From positions 124,001 through 188,000 of IMG/VR virus record IMGVR_UViG_3300023313_000001: 64,000 bases of DNA. One strand, written 5' to 3'. Below, in pieces: positions 11,393 through 21,607 of this stretch (within the stretch, counting starts at the first letter, position 1; each line of letters starts with the position of its first letter). The notes under the pieces were generated by a model. The model ran no database searches. It worked only from the letters and a program-made list of their open reading frames with translations, and was not told the DNA's origin. Made by a program: the position numbers and the translations under genes.

Positions 11393-13081
11393 TTAACGAT
11401 GCCATAGTGGGCCTCTAGTTCGATCTAGATCAACAACCCTCTTCATATTTCGTCCTACATCAGGATCATCATATTCTAGTTCAGCTGAATGAGTTAGGTT
11501 GGTATCTGGATCTTTAATGAACGTGCGTGCCCAGGGTTCATGTTTTGGAGTAATATTGGTCCAGAAAGCTAGTTCAGGATCTAATCCACCCCACAAAACT
11601 GGACTAGTGGATGTTGTTACAGATCCACCAGAATGAGATAATGTAACTTTAGGAACTTCTCCAATGCCAGATACGTGTTGTGTATAATTGTGTTCGTGTC
11701 CGTCTAATGAGTTGGAGCTGGTAGCGATATCTCCACCAGATTCGATATCACCACTAGCTTTAAGTGTTGCATTAAATTTAACATTGCCTCCACTATCCAA
11801 CACCATATTAGATCCTTTAATGGTGAAATCTGCAATACTCTCAATGTGGTATGCAGATGCTGCTTTTGTGTGAATTGTCCCACTGCTTTGAAGATGCATG
11901 TCCTGCTCACTTAGCGTAAACAGTTGTTGCTCTGTGCGAATGTGTAAATCTTTTGTTGCATGTAATCTGATTTCATCTTGAGATTCAACATGAATGCCCG
12001 TGGCAGCCGTCATACGAATAGACTTACCTGCGGTGAAATTAAGGTCTCCCTCAGCTCGCAAGGATATGGATTCCTGTGAGTACACATATATGTGTCCATC
12101 TGCATCCATCTCAATCCAATTTCTACCTTCGCTCGTGCTAACATATATTCTTTCGTTAGTATCGTCCATTATGATTTGGTGCCCAGTGGAAGATCTGAGG
12201 CGAATTCTATTGTTTTCAGGACGATCGTCTAGTGATATGGCATTAAACCCTGGAGTAGTGAAGCTGAGCACAGAAGACTCTAGATTATTGTCTGTATCCA
12301 TATATCGATCAACGTGGAATTTGTCGTCTGTTGTTTTTGTGGGGTCTGATCTACTGAGTGAATATCCTTGTCTGTATTTTAGATCCTGTCCTAGCGTGTT
12401 GTTGTTGTCCTCTATCAGTGTTTGTTGCTCTGTGTCGTGGATCTCTGACTCGGTCCCCGTGACCTTTCCGTTGTCTTGTTGGCGTTCTGCTGATATGCCA
12501 GATACCTGATAGTCTGCACCACGTGTTCTCCACTCATAATCCTTACTACCACGAAATGCCTTGTGAAGATTGGTGTATAGTGGTTCAATCGGTTGTTCTG
12601 CAGACGTTAGTGGACCATCCGGTCCGGTGTCTCCTGTCGGGGTTCTAGTGGAGTATCTCCCGTGAGGCATTGTGTGAGGAGTTGAGTCTGGATAAATACA
12701 TGCAAACCAAAATAAGTTGTTCGGGTCGTTATTGATTGAACACACTAGTACGTGAGCTCCTACTTTAGGGATTCCCCACATACCATACGCTACTCCTCCA
12801 GTCGATGCATCCCCGTAAGGTGTGTTTTTGGATTGTCCTATGCTTCCTGGACCAGATGTCCCCGTTTTATCCATTCCACCAAATGGAGATGCGTAGGACG
12901 CCCAAGCAAAGAAATTGAATTCATTCTTGAGGTTTTTGTCACTATATGATGATACGATGTGTACCTGTATCCGCCCCATTTGATCAGGATCATTGGTATT
13001 AACCACTTCTGCGCGCATTATAGTAGGAAGAGTGACATCTACCTCTTTGTTAGTAAAAAATTTATCTATAATTCCGTACAC
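11393..13081 (-). CDS. gp5: Baseplate central spike, gp5/VgrG-like (OB-fold + beta-helix, no lysozyme domain seen)
   Basis: AEVVNTNDPDQMGRIQV; WASYASPFGG; YGMWGIPKVGAHVLV; RIRLRSSTGHQIIMDDTNERIYV...WIEMDADGHI; C-terminal HEH and PKHEPW. Confidence 0.82.
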   Translation of the reverse strand: MYGIIDKFFTNKEVDVTLPTIMRAEVVNTNDPDQMGRIQVHIVSSYSDKNLKNEFNFFAWASYASPFGGMDKTGTSGPGSIGQSKNTPYGDASTGGVAYGMWGIPKVGAHVLVCSINNDPNNLFWFACIYPDSTPHTMPHGRYSTRTPTGDTGPDGPLTSAEQPIEPLYTNLHKAFRGSKDYEWRTRGADYQVSGISAERQQDNGKVTGTESEIHDTEQQTLIEDNNNTLGQDLKYRQGYSLSRSDPTKTTDDKFHVDRYMDTDNNLESSVLSFTTPGFNAISLDDRPENNRIRLRSSTGHQIIMDDTNERIYVSTSEGRNWIEMDADGHIYVYSQESISLRAEGDLNFTAGKSIRMTAATGIHVESQDEIRLHATKDLHIRTEQQLFTLSEQDMHLQSSGTIHTKAASAYHIESIADFTIKGSNMVLDSGGNVKFNATLKASGDIESGGDIATSSNSLDGHEHNYTQHVSGIGEVPKVTLSHSGGSVTTSTSPVLWGGLDPELAFWTNITPKHEPWARTFIKDPDTNLTHSAELEYDDPDVGRNMKRVVDLDRTRGPLWHR

Positions 13082-14859
13082 TATTTTTCCCCTTGAGTGG
13101 TTTGAGGAACACTTAATAGATCTAATTCTTGAGTGAATACTCCATGTTTAAATATTTGTTCCACAGCCAGTATAGTGTAATATCCAGTGTACCAAAACGG
13201 TTCAGTATAGGTCGATCCAACATCTACTGTTAAAGCAGAAGATTTTGGCATGCGAATGTTAATTTTACAAAACATTGGCACGTGTAGCCAGTTGCGCATT
13301 AATGTAGTGTTAGATATTGGGTCTGCTTTAGCTGTGATTTCAGACGGTAATACATTAAGGTCACTCATTAAATTGGGGTTACCAATAATAGTAATCTTTG
13401 ATTCAAGTGTTTCTAGCTCTGCATGTTGAGACATTGCCGATTGAAAATCTACCGCAGTTAATCCAGACTTTGCAGTCTTCTGTAGAATACGCTTATACCG
13501 TTCACTTGGAAATATAATACGGAGATTTTGATCTTTTTGATCTGTGTTTGTTACTCCCGAGTATATGGTGGATGCATTATCAATGTTGCTATCTGTAGTG
13601 CCTGTGTTTTGTGAAACACGCTCTTGATCATGAGACCCTGACGCTAGTTGTGCTTTTTGGTAATCTTGAAGTGATTTAGTTACCTCTAATAATTGAAAAA
13701 ATGCTAGTCCCATTTGCATTTTGATGTCAAATTCCACAATATCTATATTATTGCCAGTGTAAATATAATCGTATGTGAGGGTGTTATCTTTAGTGGTAAC
13801 ATTAATATTGTTATCTCCCAGTACTAGAGTCTCTGGCTGAGCATATCGACGAACAGTGTATACAACTTTTGCTGTGGTGTCGTTAGTGTTTAGCGTTGAG
13901 TGAATCTTAAAAATATATTTTGGATTGGCAGCTGCATCAGCTTTCACCTTTGTACACTTGTTCATTAGGTGAGTAATGGCTTGTTCAATATTCATTGATC
14001 TACCAAACACATATGTGCGTCTATTAGGCAAAAGTAAGTCATCAACCACATATTCTGGGGAATCATAGACGCCTTCCTCTAACACAATATCATATTCTAG
14101 TTTCCTAGCATCAGTATCCGCTTGATTTGTTTCTTTCAAGTAGTCATCGTATTCATTTTGTATTGCTGTAATTAGAGATTGAAATACGTATTTGAGAGTG
14201 TTCTTTTTAGGGATTGCAATCCCAGGAATTTTAAGATCCGAGAATTGTGGGATCTTAGCAGCACCATTAGATTGTCCAATAAATTCGAAAGTGTATTCAG
14301 CTCCACCAACATCAAAACTTCCCATCAGATTTGCCATGAAGAACATAATAGGTTTAAAGTTCGTTAAAAATCTAGGGGAGCCTTGATCTGTTTGTCCTAT
14401 GAAAATGGTCTTCAGCACCCAGGTAATTCCTGTTGGACCAGTACGTAAAGCGTTCCCAACATCATTGATTTTATTCATGAAGTTGATTCCTTTAGGCTCA
14501 AGAATATCGAACGATCCTTCAGTCGCCATAGTAGTTGCCTGTATGGTTTCATTGTTTACACTCTTCACCGATGGTATCACTAAAGTAGACCATTTAGCAT
14601 CTGATATGATAAACTCAGAATCTCTAGCACCATTAATCACAACTACATATTCACCATTATCTAATGGGCGAGTAATTACACCGCGTTCAACTCCATGATG
14701 TTGAAATACTTGGGAGTTGAAATCCCCGACATTATTAGTGGTGGTGGAGTTGTTGATAGTGCTTACCGACTCTGCGACTGCAGTAGAGCTACATGCAATC
14801 AAAATGTGATGGTATGAATAGCTTCTAAACTGATGAAGAGGATTATCTGTGTTGCTCAT
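13081..14859 (-). CDS. Baseplate hub protein (gp27-like)
   Basis: NPLHQFRSYSYH N-terminus, YDYIYTGNNIDIVEFDIK, ITIIGNP, YTGYYTILAVEQIFKHGVFTQELDL; lies between the gp53-like gene and gp5. Confidence 0.65.
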   Translation of the reverse strand: MSNTDNPLHQFRSYSYHHILIACSSTAVAESVSTINNSTTTNNVGDFNSQVFQHHGVERGVITRPLDNGEYVVVINGARDSEFIISDAKWSTLVIPSVKSVNNETIQATTMATEGSFDILEPKGINFMNKINDVGNALRTGPTGITWVLKTIFIGQTDQGSPRFLTNFKPIMFFMANLMGSFDVGGAEYTFEFIGQSNGAAKIPQFSDLKIPGIAIPKKNTLKYVFQSLITAIQNEYDDYLKETNQADTDARKLEYDIVLEEGVYDSPEYVVDDLLLPNRRTYVFGRSMNIEQAITHLMNKCTKVKADAAANPKYIFKIHSTLNTNDTTAKVVYTVRRYAQPETLVLGDNNINVTTKDNTLTYDYIYTGNNIDIVEFDIKMQMGLAFFQLLEVTKSLQDYQKAQLASGSHDQERVSQNTGTTDSNIDNASTIYSGVTNTDQKDQNLRIIFPSERYKRILQKTAKSGLTAVDFQSAMSQHAELETLESKITIIGNPNLMSDLNVLPSEITAKADPISNTTLMRNWLHVPMFCKINIRMPKSSALTVDVGSTYTEPFWYTGYYTILAVEQIFKHGVFTQELDLLSVPQTTQGEK

Positions 14860-14868
14860 TAATATAAC

Positions 14869-15192
14869 CTACCCATTAGTCACAGTGTTGGATAATAAAT
14901 CCATAAACAGTCTGGATGGTGTTGGAAGTAAAATAGTTTTACCAGCAACGAATTCTGTAGTTACGTCCAATATAGTGTTGTATTGAAGTACAAACCACAT
15001 AAGTTCTACATCACCATATTTGTCGTGTGCCACTAGCCAAGGCTTTTTATCACATCTAGCATCTATAGTGTAGGCCACATCGGTTTGGTGTTTAGGTAGT
15101 GCTCGACGTTGCCAGAACCCCAACCTCTCTTTAAAGACATCAGTAGATCCACCTTGGACATACCTAGAGTTTCGTCTATTTGTAGATTTCAT
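14869..15192 (-). CDS. Baseplate wedge protein, gp53/LysM-like
   Basis: YTIDARCDKKPWLVAHDKYGDVELMWFVLQYN...FVAGKTILLP. Confidence 0.75.
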   Translation of the reverse strand: MKSTNRRNSRYVQGGSTDVFKERLGFWQRRALPKHQTDVAYTIDARCDKKPWLVAHDKYGDVELMWFVLQYNTILDVTTEFVAGKTILLPTPSRLFMDLLSNTVTNG

Positions 15193-15194
15193 AG

Positions 15195-16031
15195 TTAGAA
15201 TCCTAGTAGTGTTCCTTGACGGAAATCAATTAAGTCAAATTGACTAAATTCACGTGGTGAGTGTGTTTCCATTAGCAGTATATCGATACTCATCACTGAT
15301 GGGAATGGTTGGTTGGTTTCTACAGTTTGAATATAATCCACATCAGTTGGATATGGTATACTTAAACTTGTCATCACCACTGGGATGTTTCTAATGTTAG
15401 TTTTTGTTTTATCTGTTAAATTGCTATATGCAGAAAATTGTAGTACTTCAGGAGGAGAGCCTAAAAGGTCGGCTGAGTATCCTCCTCTACCATTTGTAGT
15501 ATCAGTTTCCCCAAAAAACGGAACCATCCACGAACGTAATTGGTTTACCGTAGCTAGATTTTCTTCAGCTTCATACCCGTTACGAGATACCAATTTTATG
15601 CCAGACATGCTCCATGTTCTCGGGCCAGTATTGGTGTATATTTGGATAGATCCAGGTAGGTGGATTGGATCAAGAGCTTTGTATGATGCGGTTCTAGTTT
15701 CGCTGATATCAGGAGACACTCGAAATGCTACAACATCTTTGTTTAAAAAGGATTTCAATCTAACGGCAAATGGGTTAGATTCAAGAAATGCGTTGTGTCT
15801 GTCATTCCTATCTGTCATTGGTGCTGTGGCCGAATTTTGCGTAGAAGGAGCTGTGTTGGTCGATAACTGTAGTTGATCAACTGCAGTTACTTGAGATCCT
15901 GCTGTAGTGGGGTTGGCTGAGTCTACTACACTATTTATTGTGGCAATGGACGCTGCCGTAGTTAAAGATAGTTTGGTTGTGTTAGATTCAGTCGGCGTTC
16001 TTACCGATGATGCTATAATTGGATTTCCCAT
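15195..16031 (-). CDS. Baseplate tail-tube initiator/cap (gp48/gp54-like)
   Basis: Tube-fold-like motifs SPDISETRTASY..DPIH, LRSWMVPFFG, GSPPEVLQFSAY, NIPVVMTSLSIPYPTDVDY; heads the baseplate operon. Confidence 0.6.
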   Translation of the reverse strand: MGNPIIASSVRTPTESNTTKLSLTTAASIATINSVVDSANPTTAGSQVTAVDQLQLSTNTAPSTQNSATAPMTDRNDRHNAFLESNPFAVRLKSFLNKDVVAFRVSPDISETRTASYKALDPIHLPGSIQIYTNTGPRTWSMSGIKLVSRNGYEAEENLATVNQLRSWMVPFFGETDTTNGRGGYSADLLGSPPEVLQFSAYSNLTDKTKTNIRNIPVVMTSLSIPYPTDVDYIQTVETNQPFPSVMSIDILLMETHSPREFSQFDLIDFRQGTLLGF

Positions 16032-16054
16032 ATTGCGTCCTTGGTTGTGTATTA

Positions 16055-16062
16055 TATTTATT
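16055..16062 (-). promoter_or_regulatory. Late promoter (AATAAATA) of the baseplate operon
   Basis: Motif 24 nt upstream of ATG 16031. Confidence 0.55.
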
Positions 16063-16110
16063 GAAAGAGAGCTTAAAGGATCCCCCGCGTAAATACTGAC
16101 TCACCCATAG

Positions 16111-16139
16111 TTGTCCTTCGGCTCTGGATGTGGTATACT
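16111..16139 (+). promoter_or_regulatory. Sigma70-type promoter of the gp55-gp47-gp46 operon
   Basis: TTGTCC-N17-TATACT with extended -10 TG. Confidence 0.65.
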
Positions 16140-16166
16140 CAATAAAACCCAAAATAAGAGGATTGT

Positions 16167-16700
16167 ATGACCGATAAACCTACAAAAGCTGTGAAAACAG
16201 TTACCCCACGGAAGAAGCGGAAGAAAAAATATCTAAACAACGCAGACTTGTTGATTCAACTAGAATTGAGTAATGAGAAGGGTCGCATGACAGAGCTATT
16301 AGCTCACATGTTATTAACGTTAACCACTAGATATGCAAGTCAGGGGAATTTTGCTGGGTACTCGTACGTAGACGACATGAAAGCATATGCCATGTATATG
16401 ATATGTAGAACGTGGCATCGTTTCGATAAGAATAAAAGCAACAATCCCTTCGCATTTTTCACCCAGTGTATTAAACATTCATTTTATCAATTCCTAAATA
16501 AAGAGAAGCGACAACGTGTTATTCGTGATGAGTTGCTTGTATATTCAGGAATGAATCCGTCAAACACATACATCTCTGATTATGAAGATACTCTAAAAGA
16601 GGCTAAACAACAAGAAAACGTAGACTTGATGGATACTGTAGATATGGTGTCCTCTGTAGTAACAGACATTAATATCCAGTATGATGGAGCCTCAATTTAA
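16167..16700 (+). CDS. gp55: Late-transcription sigma factor, gp55-like
   Basis: YLNNADLL...NFAGYSYVDDMK...FDKNKSNNPFAFFTQCIKHSFYQFLNKEKRQ. Confidence 0.9.
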   Translation: MTDKPTKAVKTVTPRKKRKKKYLNNADLLIQLELSNEKGRMTELLAHMLLTLTTRYASQGNFAGYSYVDDMKAYAMYMICRTWHRFDKNKSNNPFAFFTQCIKHSFYQFLNKEKRQRVIRDELLVYSGMNPSNTYISDYEDTLKEAKQQENVDLMDTVDMVSSVVTDINIQYDGASI

Positions 16701-17775
16701 TATATTGGAGTTACCAGGAGCCATGAAAACAGGATATTTACTAACAGATATTCATTTCGGAAAGAAATCTAACTCAGCTATTCACAACCAGGATTGTATT
16801 GATTACTTATCCTGGTTTTGTGAGCAATTTAGAAATGATCCTAATGCTGATTATGTGGCATTCTTGGGGGATTGGCACGAAAACAGAACAGCTATAGATG
16901 TATCAACGCTAGACTATTCCTACCGCGGAGCTAAGATGCTGAATGATTTAGGGGTTCCAGTGTTTTTCCTCATAGGCAATCACGATTTAGGTACACGTGA
17001 TTCTAGGTCATTATACTCAACAATCCCATTTCACGAATTTAAAAATTTCACATTGGTACATAAGGAGCCTATGGTGGTAGACACCATAGATGGTGGATGT
17101 TTATTTGTACCATTTCTGATGGAAGATGAATATCCATCATTGCACCAATACACAGATGTTCCTGTGTGGATGGGGCATTTCGAGTTCAAAGGATTTGTAT
17201 TGACTGGGTACAATATCACATTAGATTATGGACCTGATATTAAAATGTTTAATAAACAGAAAGATATTTTGTCTGGTCATTTTCACCGACGACAGCAACA
17301 AAAAAACGTGACATATATTGGAAACACGTTCCCTATGGATTTTGGTGATGCTAATTTATTTGAACGAGGATTGACGGTCTACAACCATACTGATAATACT
17401 ATAAAGTTCGTTAATTGGACAGCTTGTCCCAAATATATTAAATGTACATTAAGTGATTTGTTAGATGGTAACCAACTATTGATGAATAATAGTTATGTGT
17501 TTGTGGATGTGGATATTCCAGTTAGTTATGAAGAACTAACTGCTATCGAAACCGTATACAATACGAAATACCAGTTGCGTGAGTTAAAATTAGACGAGTC
17601 ATCTAAATTTGTGGAAAGTTTGTTAGGTGATTCTGCTGAAGATGAAGACGATGATACTGAAGGTAAATCTACTGATGAATTAATTGTAGATATGTTAGGA
17701 CAGGTTGATGATACTAAGTTCGATTCGAATCTATTGATAACCATGTACAACAATGCGAGGATCAAAAATGAGTGA
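16681..17775 (+). CDS. gp47: Recombination endonuclease subunit (Mre11/SbcD-like)
   Basis: Metallophosphoesterase motifs TDIHFG, LGDWHENR, IGNHD, GHFE, SGHFH. Confidence 0.92.
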   Translation: MMEPQFNILELPGAMKTGYLLTDIHFGKKSNSAIHNQDCIDYLSWFCEQFRNDPNADYVAFLGDWHENRTAIDVSTLDYSYRGAKMLNDLGVPVFFLIGNHDLGTRDSRSLYSTIPFHEFKNFTLVHKEPMVVDTIDGGCLFVPFLMEDEYPSLHQYTDVPVWMGHFEFKGFVLTGYNITLDYGPDIKMFNKQKDILSGHFHRRQQQKNVTYIGNTFPMDFGDANLFERGLTVYNHTDNTIKFVNWTACPKYIKCTLSDLLDGNQLLMNNSYVFVDVDIPVSYEELTAIETVYNTKYQLRELKLDESSKFVESLLGDSAEDEDDDTEGKSTDELIVDMLGQVDDTKFDSNLLITMYNNARIKNE

Positions 17776-19708
17776 TGATTTAAAAATCCATAGTTTGTGG
17801 ATGCAGAATTTTATGTCATATGGCAATAAAGTAACGCATGTTCCATTAGATACTAAGGGAATGACCTTAATACGTGGAGTGAATTTAGACGATACAGTTA
17901 ATGGAATTGGTGCAAATGGTACCGGCAAATCGACCATTATTAACGCATTAGTGTATGCATTCTATGGAGAGGCTTTGGGTGATAGTAAGGTTGATGAGTT
18001 GATTAATGATGTCAATAAAAAGAGATGTATAGTTGGAGTTCGGTTTTCAATTGGTAAAACTGAATATTCCATAACCAGATATCGTAAAATGAAATCTGGT
18101 GCAGAGGGGACTTACACTAATATATTCATGAACGAAGATGTGGGGAAGGATGATAATGATAAATCTCGTAAAAATTTAGCTAAAGCTACCTTACTCGAAA
18201 CTAACAAGTTGACTAGAGATTTAGTTGGAATGCCCAAAGAGTTGTTCATTAGATTGGTAGTGTTCGATGCGGATGAGTTGCCTTTCTTGAAAATGAAAGC
18301 AGGTGACCAACGAGAGGTGATGGAACATCTATTCCAATTAACTATACTCTCAGAGAAAGCGGACGTCTTTCGTGAAGATCAACGTGGGACAAAGAAAGAG
18401 ATAGATATTCAAGAAAGTACTATATCAGTTTTAGAGAAACAAGTAGAGAATTATGAAATTCAAATATTAACAGCAAAGAAACGTATGGTTCAGTGGGAAC
18501 AAACTAGGGAGTCTACCTTAAACAATTATGACCTGGATTTGAAGGATTTAGATGATGTAGATATTGACCACGAACGTAAATTATTTGACGCTGTAGAACA
18601 AGCTGAAAAAGCTATTGTGGAGTTAAACACTAAAATCGCTGCTATCAAATTGAAAGCATCTGATTCCAAACATGCAATAGATCAAGCTGATAATGATGTA
18701 ACATTATTAAAATCTAAACACAACACTAAAGAATCGAAAATCAGTAGACTTAAAAGAAATATCACTAGATTGCAAGCAGAAATTGACACCCTAGCAAGTA
18801 ACAAATGTCCTGAGTGTTTACAGCCACTCCCAGATGTTGATGTTAAAATTGCTGAACGACAGTCACTTTTGGTTGATGATCAATCGATGATAGATGCCCT
18901 TATCGTAAAAAATGAAGACATTAATGAAAATATTACACAGTGTATATCCCATAGAGACCAAGCACAAACAACATATGATAATATCATTGCTGGTGTGAGT
19001 AGTTTACTCGATGAAATTAAAACGATAGAATGTGATAAGGTGACTCCTTCTGTTAGATCCAGAGATATATTAAATAAGATTGAATCTAAGAAAGATGCAG
19101 CTAAACTTAAAATATCTGAATTACAAAATGCTGAAAACCCTCACATTGAGGCATTCAATGAATTGAATGAGAAGGATATCGATGTGGTAGATTATGATGA
19201 AATTAACCATCTTAAAAAATTATTAGATCATCAAAAATTTTTATTAAAGTTACTAACTGATAAAAAATCATATATTAGACAGAGATTGGTGAATAAGAGG
19301 CTCCCATATCTTAACGAGAGATTGACAACCTACCTTAACCAACTTGGACTACCATACCAGGTAGAATTCCAAAGCGATTTAACAGCTAAAATCCTACGAA
19401 GGGGTCGAACTAAGAGTTTCAGTAACTTATCCCACGGACAACGAGCAAGAGTAAATTTTGCACTGTCTTTTGCATTCAGAGATGTTATGGAACGTGTACA
19501 TAGGAAGATTAACATATGTATTTTAGATGAGGTGTTAGATAAGGCCTTGTGTGCAGTTGGGGCTAATGCTGCAGTTAATATGATTAGTGAAAAGTGTAAG
19601 AGAGATAACCTCAATATTTTTACAATCACTCATAAAACAGAAATAGCTAATCGATTTGACCAAGTAATGACAGTCACCATGAAGCAAGGATTTTCAGAAA
19701 TATCATGA
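17768..19708 (+). CDS. gp46: Recombination ATPase subunit (Rad50/SbcC-like)
   Basis: QNFMSYGN, Walker A GANGTGKST, coiled coil with CPEC zinc hook, signature LSHGQ, Walker B ILDEVLD; start set to MSDDLK. Confidence 0.92.
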   Translation: MSDDLKIHSLWMQNFMSYGNKVTHVPLDTKGMTLIRGVNLDDTVNGIGANGTGKSTIINALVYAFYGEALGDSKVDELINDVNKKRCIVGVRFSIGKTEYSITRYRKMKSGAEGTYTNIFMNEDVGKDDNDKSRKNLAKATLLETNKLTRDLVGMPKELFIRLVVFDADELPFLKMKAGDQREVMEHLFQLTILSEKADVFREDQRGTKKEIDIQESTISVLEKQVENYEIQILTAKKRMVQWEQTRESTLNNYDLDLKDLDDVDIDHERKLFDAVEQAEKAIVELNTKIAAIKLKASDSKHAIDQADNDVTLLKSKHNTKESKISRLKRNITRLQAEIDTLASNKCPECLQPLPDVDVKIAERQSLLVDDQSMIDALIVKNEDINENITQCISHRDQAQTTYDNIIAGVSSLLDEIKTIECDKVTPSVRSRDILNKIESKKDAAKLKISELQNAENPHIEAFNELNEKDIDVVDYDEINHLKKLLDHQKFLLKLLTDKKSYIRQRLVNKRLPYLNERLTTYLNQLGLPYQVEFQSDLTAKILRRGRTKSFSNLSHGQRARVNFALSFAFRDVMERVHRKINICILDEVLDKALCAVGANAAVNMISEKCKRDNLNIFTITHKTEIANRFDQVMTVTMKQGFSEIS

Positions 19709-20001
19709 TACCAATTTATTTCAGTCCAGAAGAACAAGATGTCATACTAGACGTTATTGAATATACTTGCAATGATACTCATATGCAGAAGCCCATGTGG
19801 CAGAGTGTTATTGTTAGTATGGATGTCATAACTGATGTTATACTAGCCTCACATCACAAATTTGCTAATAATAGGTTTGTCGTAGATAATATAGATGCTA
19901 CAAATTTATATTGTGCAGTGCATAGGTTTTTAGATGTAAAGGTATTGGAACATCGATCTATGCTGCTTACCATTATAAGTAAGTTACAACATGCTTTGTA
20001 A
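19705..20001 (+). CDS. Hypothetical protein (98 aa)
   Basis: ATGA overlap with the gp46 stop. Confidence 0.55.
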   Translation: MIPIYFSPEEQDVILDVIEYTCNDTHMQKPMWQSVIVSMDVITDVILASHHKFANNRFVVDNIDATNLYCAVHRFLDVKVLEHRSMLLTIISKLQHAL

Positions 20002-20379
20002 GTTGACATAATGAGCTATTCCATTCAAATCGACAAACACCTTACCGCCGTTATTTTCAATCATTGCAGCAACCTGGCCTAATGATTTAGTCTGACCATC
20101 ATCGAATGCATTATCCTCACTATCCATGAAACAGAATAATGTTTTATCTGGCCTTTTATTGCTATCATCCACCACTTCAGCAATTGAATATACTCCAGTC
20201 ATCTCTGGGGTAATTACATATAAACAATAATCACAAAGTTCACGTTGTTTCATTTCTTCTACCATACATTCTGGTGTCCAATCTTCTACCACAGGGTTAA
20301 AGTAGTCAATCTCTAATAATGGTATCAATTGATCTCTCCATACCGAATTGTTGCATGTTCCACCTAAAAAAATCTGCAT
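19984..20379 (-). CDS. Nucleoside 2-deoxyribosyltransferase-like protein
   Basis: IFLGGTCN.SVWRDQLIP...YFNPVVEDW...LYVITPEMTGVYSIAEVVD; RBS GAGGAG. Confidence 0.8.
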   Translation of the reverse strand: MQIFLGGTCNNSVWRDQLIPLLEIDYFNPVVEDWTPECMVEEMKQRELCDYCLYVITPEMTGVYSIAEVVDDSNKRPDKTLFCFMDSEDNAFDDGQTKSLGQVAAMIENNGGKVFVDLNGIAHYVNLQSML

Positions 20380-20419
20380 AACATAAGCTCCTCTATTGTA
20401 ATATATATAATGGTTTTAC

Positions 20420-20448
20420 TTGATCTAGGCGTGTAATTTGGGTATAGT
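20420..20448 (+). promoter_or_regulatory. Sigma70-type promoter
   Basis: TTGATC-N17-TATAGT. Confidence 0.55.
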
Positions 20449-20476
20449 GCTATTTTAAGTGATAGGATTCATTTCA

Positions 20477-20887
20477 ATGTATTTAGCATACGAATTACCA
20501 CAAAGATTGCGTAATGCTCTAATAGAGCATTACCCACCACAATTTCCTAACATGATAGGGCATCATGTCACATTATCTGTAGGAATCTCTTCCACAATAT
20601 GTTTACCTAAGGATGGTGAGATTGTTGTTATTGGTCATCTCACCGATAATGATTCAATTGAATGTTTCTTAGTGACAGTTGATGGGAACGATAAGCATAG
20701 TAGCGATAGATATTATCATATTACATGGTCTATCAATCGTGCTAAAGGGCGAAAGCCAGTAGACTCGAATAGTATCATCACCAAATATAAGAATAAACTA
20801 TCTGGCGCTAATTTAACATTTACGAGTATAGATCTCAACCACCGTGAATTATTTTCACAAAAAGCATCTGCGAGGATATATAAATGA
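20477..20887 (+). CDS. 2H phosphoesterase-family protein
   Basis: Two HxT motifs (HHVTL, YHITW) followed by KPVDSN; start moved to the ATG after AGGA. Confidence 0.7.
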   Translation: MYLAYELPQRLRNALIEHYPPQFPNMIGHHVTLSVGISSTICLPKDGEIVVIGHLTDNDSIECFLVTVDGNDKHSSDRYYHITWSINRAKGRKPVDSNSIITKYKNKLSGANLTFTSIDLNHRELFSQKASARIYK

Positions 20888-21408
20888 TTTTTATTGATAT
20901 GGATGGAGTGATATGTGACTTCGATAACAAAGCTAAAGAGTTGATACACCAGTATAAAGGGCTGGCGGTACAATCATTAAGTGATGTTAAGAAAGGAACC
21001 ACGTGGGATGTAGTTAGACAGTACCAATCATCTGGGGGTCTATTTTGGTTAGACTTAGATGTTATGGACGGAACATATGATCTATTTAATCATTTAATCC
21101 AACACAATCAGCCATTTGAAATTTTATCTGCTGTGGGTAACAAAGGATTTAATGCAGATCCCCAGAAACGTGATTGGATTACTAAACACATCGATATGGT
21201 GTATGATAAGCAGCTCACAGTACATTTAGTGAAGTCTAGCACTGACAAAGCTAAGTATGTTCAGAGTAGTAGAGACATATTAATAGATGATAGATTGAAA
21301 TCTATTGACCCTTGGCGAGCTGCTGGGGGGACTGGAATATTACATGTTGACATGAAAACTACTATCAAGGAACTTACAAACATATTGAAGGCTAATGATG
21401 CAATTTAA
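20884..21408 (+). CDS. HAD-family 5'(3')-deoxyribonucleotidase
   Basis: IFIDMDGVICDF, ILSA, ILIDDR...WRAAGGTGILH. Confidence 0.85.
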   Translation: MIFIDMDGVICDFDNKAKELIHQYKGLAVQSLSDVKKGTTWDVVRQYQSSGGLFWLDLDVMDGTYDLFNHLIQHNQPFEILSAVGNKGFNADPQKRDWITKHIDMVYDKQLTVHLVKSSTDKAKYVQSSRDILIDDRLKSIDPWRAAGGTGILHVDMKTTIKELTNILKANDAI

Positions 21409-21541
21409 AAAACGTTCAGGTTTAGCATTATTATTAGTTATAGTGAATACAGCAGCTCTAACTATCCATCCAAATATAGGATCTCTTATTGGGTTAATCA
21501 CCAGTGGAATATTATGCATGGTCAACATGCATACTGAATAA
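21395..21541 (+). CDS. Small predicted membrane protein (48 aa), below the ORF-track cutoff
   Basis: MMQFKKRSGLALLLVIVNTAALTIHPNIGSLIGLITSGILCMVNMHTE: basic N-terminus, two hydrophobic segments, overlaps the upstream stop. Confidence 0.5.
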   Translation: MMQFKKRSGLALLLVIVNTAALTIHPNIGSLIGLITSGILCMVNMHTE

Positions 21542-21568
21542 CCTACTCATCTACTTTCACCAGTATTT

Positions 21569-21600
21569 TCTCATAATAAATATACATTATTATGAGAGGA
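21569..21600 (+). promoter_or_regulatory. Late promoter (AATAAATA 21575-21582) inside an 11-bp hairpin overlapping the resolvase RBS
   Basis: TCTCATAATAA (21569-21579) / TTATTATGAGA (21587-21597); RBS GAGAGGA 21594-21600. Confidence 0.65.
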
Positions 21601-21607
21601 TACATAT

